From Nitrosopumilaceae archaeon (lineage in GTDB: Archaea; Thermoproteota; Nitrososphaeria; Nitrososphaerales; Nitrosopumilaceae): 64,000 nt of DNA. The stretch spans positions 27,425-91,424 of the forward strand of contig JANQNN010000035.1 of NCBI GenBank assembly GCA_028279545.1, in the 5' to 3' direction. A program made the position numbers and the translations under genes. How positions within the stretch are numbered: the first letter of the stretch is position 1; every line of letters begins with the position of its first letter. The notes below the pieces were generated by a model that saw only the letters and a program-made list of their open reading frames with translations, did no database searches and was not told where the DNA came from. This document shows, piece after piece, positions 62,299 to 64,000 of the stretch.

Positions 62299-62372
62299 GG
62301 GTCTATGGCGCAGCCAGGTAGCGCACCGGACTTTTAATCCGGTTGTCGAGGGTCCGAATCCCTCTAGACCCG
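62299..62372 (+). tRNA. tRNA-Lys (UUU)
   Basis: Acceptor GGGTCTA/TAGACCC, anticodon arm CCGGA-CTTTTAA-TCCGG, T arm GAGGG-TCCGAAT-CCCTC. No encoded CCA. Confidence 0.9.
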
Positions 62373-62411
62373 TCTCCTTTTTTAAAAATAAAAAATAGAA
62401 TTTCTTGGTGA

Positions 62412-63872
62412 TTATTTTGTTAATAAAGAAATTTTTTTATTTAAATTCTCAAATGCGTGAAACAAGGAATTTTCTCTATTAATTATCTCTGTCCTACAAT
62501 CATTAATTTTTTTAATCCTATCATTAACCATTCGTTTTTGTTCGGAATAACTTGATGAACCAAAGGATTTCCGATCTCGTAAGGAAGATACAATTGTGGT
62601 AGATTTGATAATTTCTGAAACAGTATTGGGATCTAATTTTGTACCCTTTATGGCACTTTTAATTTCGGCAGCTGTTAATTTGTTTAAGGGTTTTTTGGAA
62701 TTGTATGCTTGCTGAACTAAAGACCCAATAATTTTATGTGATGTCCTAAAGGGAATTCCCTCCAAAACTAATTTCTCTGCAATATCAAGTGCTACAAGAT
62801 AACTAGAATCCGTTGCTTTTTTCATTTGTTTTTCGTTTACTTGCAAAGTCAATAAAATAGATTTTAGAATTAGTAATGCACTGATTGATGTTTTTGATGA
62901 AGACCAAATTGCAGATTTTATTTGTTGAAGATCTCGACCATAACCCGTAGAGAGGCCCTTTATAGTAGAGAGAATACCAGTTAGGTTTCCAATTACATCT
63001 GCGGTTTTTCCTCGGGTTAATTCTAAAATATCTGGATTCTTTTTTTGTGGCATTACGCTTGAAGGAGATGTAAATTCATCAGATAATTCAATAAAAGAAA
63101 ACTCAGAAGTTGACCAAAGAACAAAGTCCTCAGATATTTTGCTAAGATTAGTCATCAAAATTGTAACCATTGCAACATACTCTGCTACAAAATCACGAGC
63201 ACTGGTGGCATCTATAGAGTTTTCAACAATACCCTCAAAACCCAACATTGTTGCAGTGCTTTGTCTATCTATTGGAATACTTGTTCCTCCAACAGGTCCT
63301 GCACCTAATGGACATTCATTAACACGGCTATAGACATCGTTTAATCTTTCAAGGTCACGGAACAAAACATCTGCTTGAGCCAAAAGATAATGAGAAAACA
63401 ATCCTACCTGAGCTTGTTGTAAGTGAGTATAAAGGGGCATTATTGTTTTTTGATGATTTTTTGCAATAGAAATTATTGATTCGATTGTATCAACCAAACA
63501 AGTGCTTAAAATGTTAATGTCACTTCTAATTTTCATACGAATATCCAAGGCAACTTGATCATTTCGAGAACGTGCTGTGTGCATTTTGCCTCCACTTGCC
63601 ATTCCCGCTTTTTTTACTACCAGTGATTCAATTAATTCATGAATATCTTCTGCATTTGAAGATGAATCAAATTTTTCTTCTTTAATATTTTCTAATGCAC
63701 TAAGGATCTTTTTGGCATCACTTTTTGAAATTAAATTATTTTCAAGTAACATTATCACGTGTGCTTGACTTCCAAGAATATCAAATTCAATTATTTCTGA
63801 ATCGTCGTCTATAGATGAGACATAATCCAAAGTAATACGACTTAAATCATTTCCAAGACGGGAACGATACAT
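62412..63872 (-). CDS. argH: argininosuccinate lyase
   Basis: Fumarate-lyase signature SSVMPQKKNPD and DILGSQAHVIML. Start set at ATG 63872 (MYRSRLG), because the longer ORF would overlap the divergent gene's ATG. Confidence 0.9.
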   Translation of the reverse strand: MYRSRLGNDLSRITLDYVSSIDDDSEIIEFDILGSQAHVIMLLENNLISKSDAKKILSALENIKEEKFDSSSNAEDIHELIESLVVKKAGMASGGKMHTARSRNDQVALDIRMKIRSDINILSTCLVDTIESIISIAKNHQKTIMPLYTHLQQAQVGLFSHYLLAQADVLFRDLERLNDVYSRVNECPLGAGPVGGTSIPIDRQSTATMLGFEGIVENSIDATSARDFVAEYVAMVTILMTNLSKISEDFVLWSTSEFSFIELSDEFTSPSSVMPQKKNPDILELTRGKTADVIGNLTGILSTIKGLSTGYGRDLQQIKSAIWSSSKTSISALLILKSILLTLQVNEKQMKKATDSSYLVALDIAEKLVLEGIPFRTSHKIIGSLVQQAYNSKKPLNKLTAAEIKSAIKGTKLDPNTVSEIIKSTTIVSSLRDRKSFGSSSYSEQKRMVNDRIKKINDCRTEIINRENSLFHAFENLNKKISLLTK

Positions 63873-63892
63873 CAAATAAGGTTCTAGAATGG

Positions 63893-63901
63893 TTATATAT
63901 A
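63893..63901. promoter_or_regulatory. palindromic TATA element TTATATATA shared by divergent argH and the DUF59-like gene
   Basis: Its centre (63897) lies 25 nt from ATG 63872 (-) and 25 nt from ATG 63922 (+). Confidence 0.45.
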
Positions 63902-63921
63902 GCATCGACGCTTTTGCCCAC

Positions 63922-64000
63922 ATGAGTCAAGATATCAAACAACTTCGAGTAAAAATCTTTGATGAGCTATCTAAGATTGTGGACCCTGAAATTAACACAA
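63922..64000 (+). CDS. partial ORF, possibly DUF59/MIP18-type Fe-S assembly protein (N-terminus only)
   Basis: MSQDIKQLRVKIFDELSKIVDPEINT resembles DUF59 N-termini (..V.DPE...). Truncated by the window end. Confidence 0.4.
   Translation, partial: MSQDIKQLRVKIFDELSKIVDPEINT

Noticed and set aside
62100-62400. tRNA-Asp / tRNA-Lys pair as a possible integration hotspot or genomic-island border
   Set aside because: No integrase, direct repeat of a tRNA 3' end, or foreign-looking genes flank the tRNAs. The neighbours are argH and small conserved-looking genes.

Overview
AT-rich, tightly packed archaeal chromosome segment. The gene content points to an ammonia-oxidising thaumarchaeon of the Nitrosopumilus type; this is inferred from memory of these families, no search was run. 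Supporting content: an accB-accC-pccB acetyl/propionyl-CoA carboxylase next to an 11-subunit nuoABCDHIJKMLN operon, a split transketolase with transaldolase, an archaeal mevalonate cluster, ABCE1, RFC, a stand-alone 5S rRNA and an intron-bearing tRNA. I call about 75 protein genes, 5 tRNAs and one 5S rRNA. Many genes use TTG or GTG starts and have 1-8 nt start/stop overlaps. Several have a TATA box about 25 nt upstream of the start codon, which suggests leaderless mRNAs. No transposase, integrase, CRISPR array or prophage genes are visible. The one clearly non-housekeeping block is 19.2-28.4 kb. It holds two tandem giant ORFs (1687 and 1355 aa) built from 14 and 11 Thr/Asn/Gly-rich modules. 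Each has a signal-like N-terminus and Cys-capped ends, almost no Lys or Arg, and dense N-x-T sequons. The two genes show mosaic near-identity, and I cannot place them in any domain family. This is my main candidate for an undescribed cell-surface system. Secondary oddities are listed here.
- A transketolase-N/ribulose-phosphate-epimerase fusion.
- A glutamyl-tRNA reductase homologue with Ser at the catalytic Cys position.
- A tRNA-Glu with a 15-nt T-loop insertion.
- Three translationally coupled zinc-ribbon micro-ORFs divergent from a Fur-family regulator.
- A paralogous pair of small basic proteins with three GRGTG motifs.
- Several sub-60-aa Cys-rich or hydrophobic ORFs missing from the ORF track.
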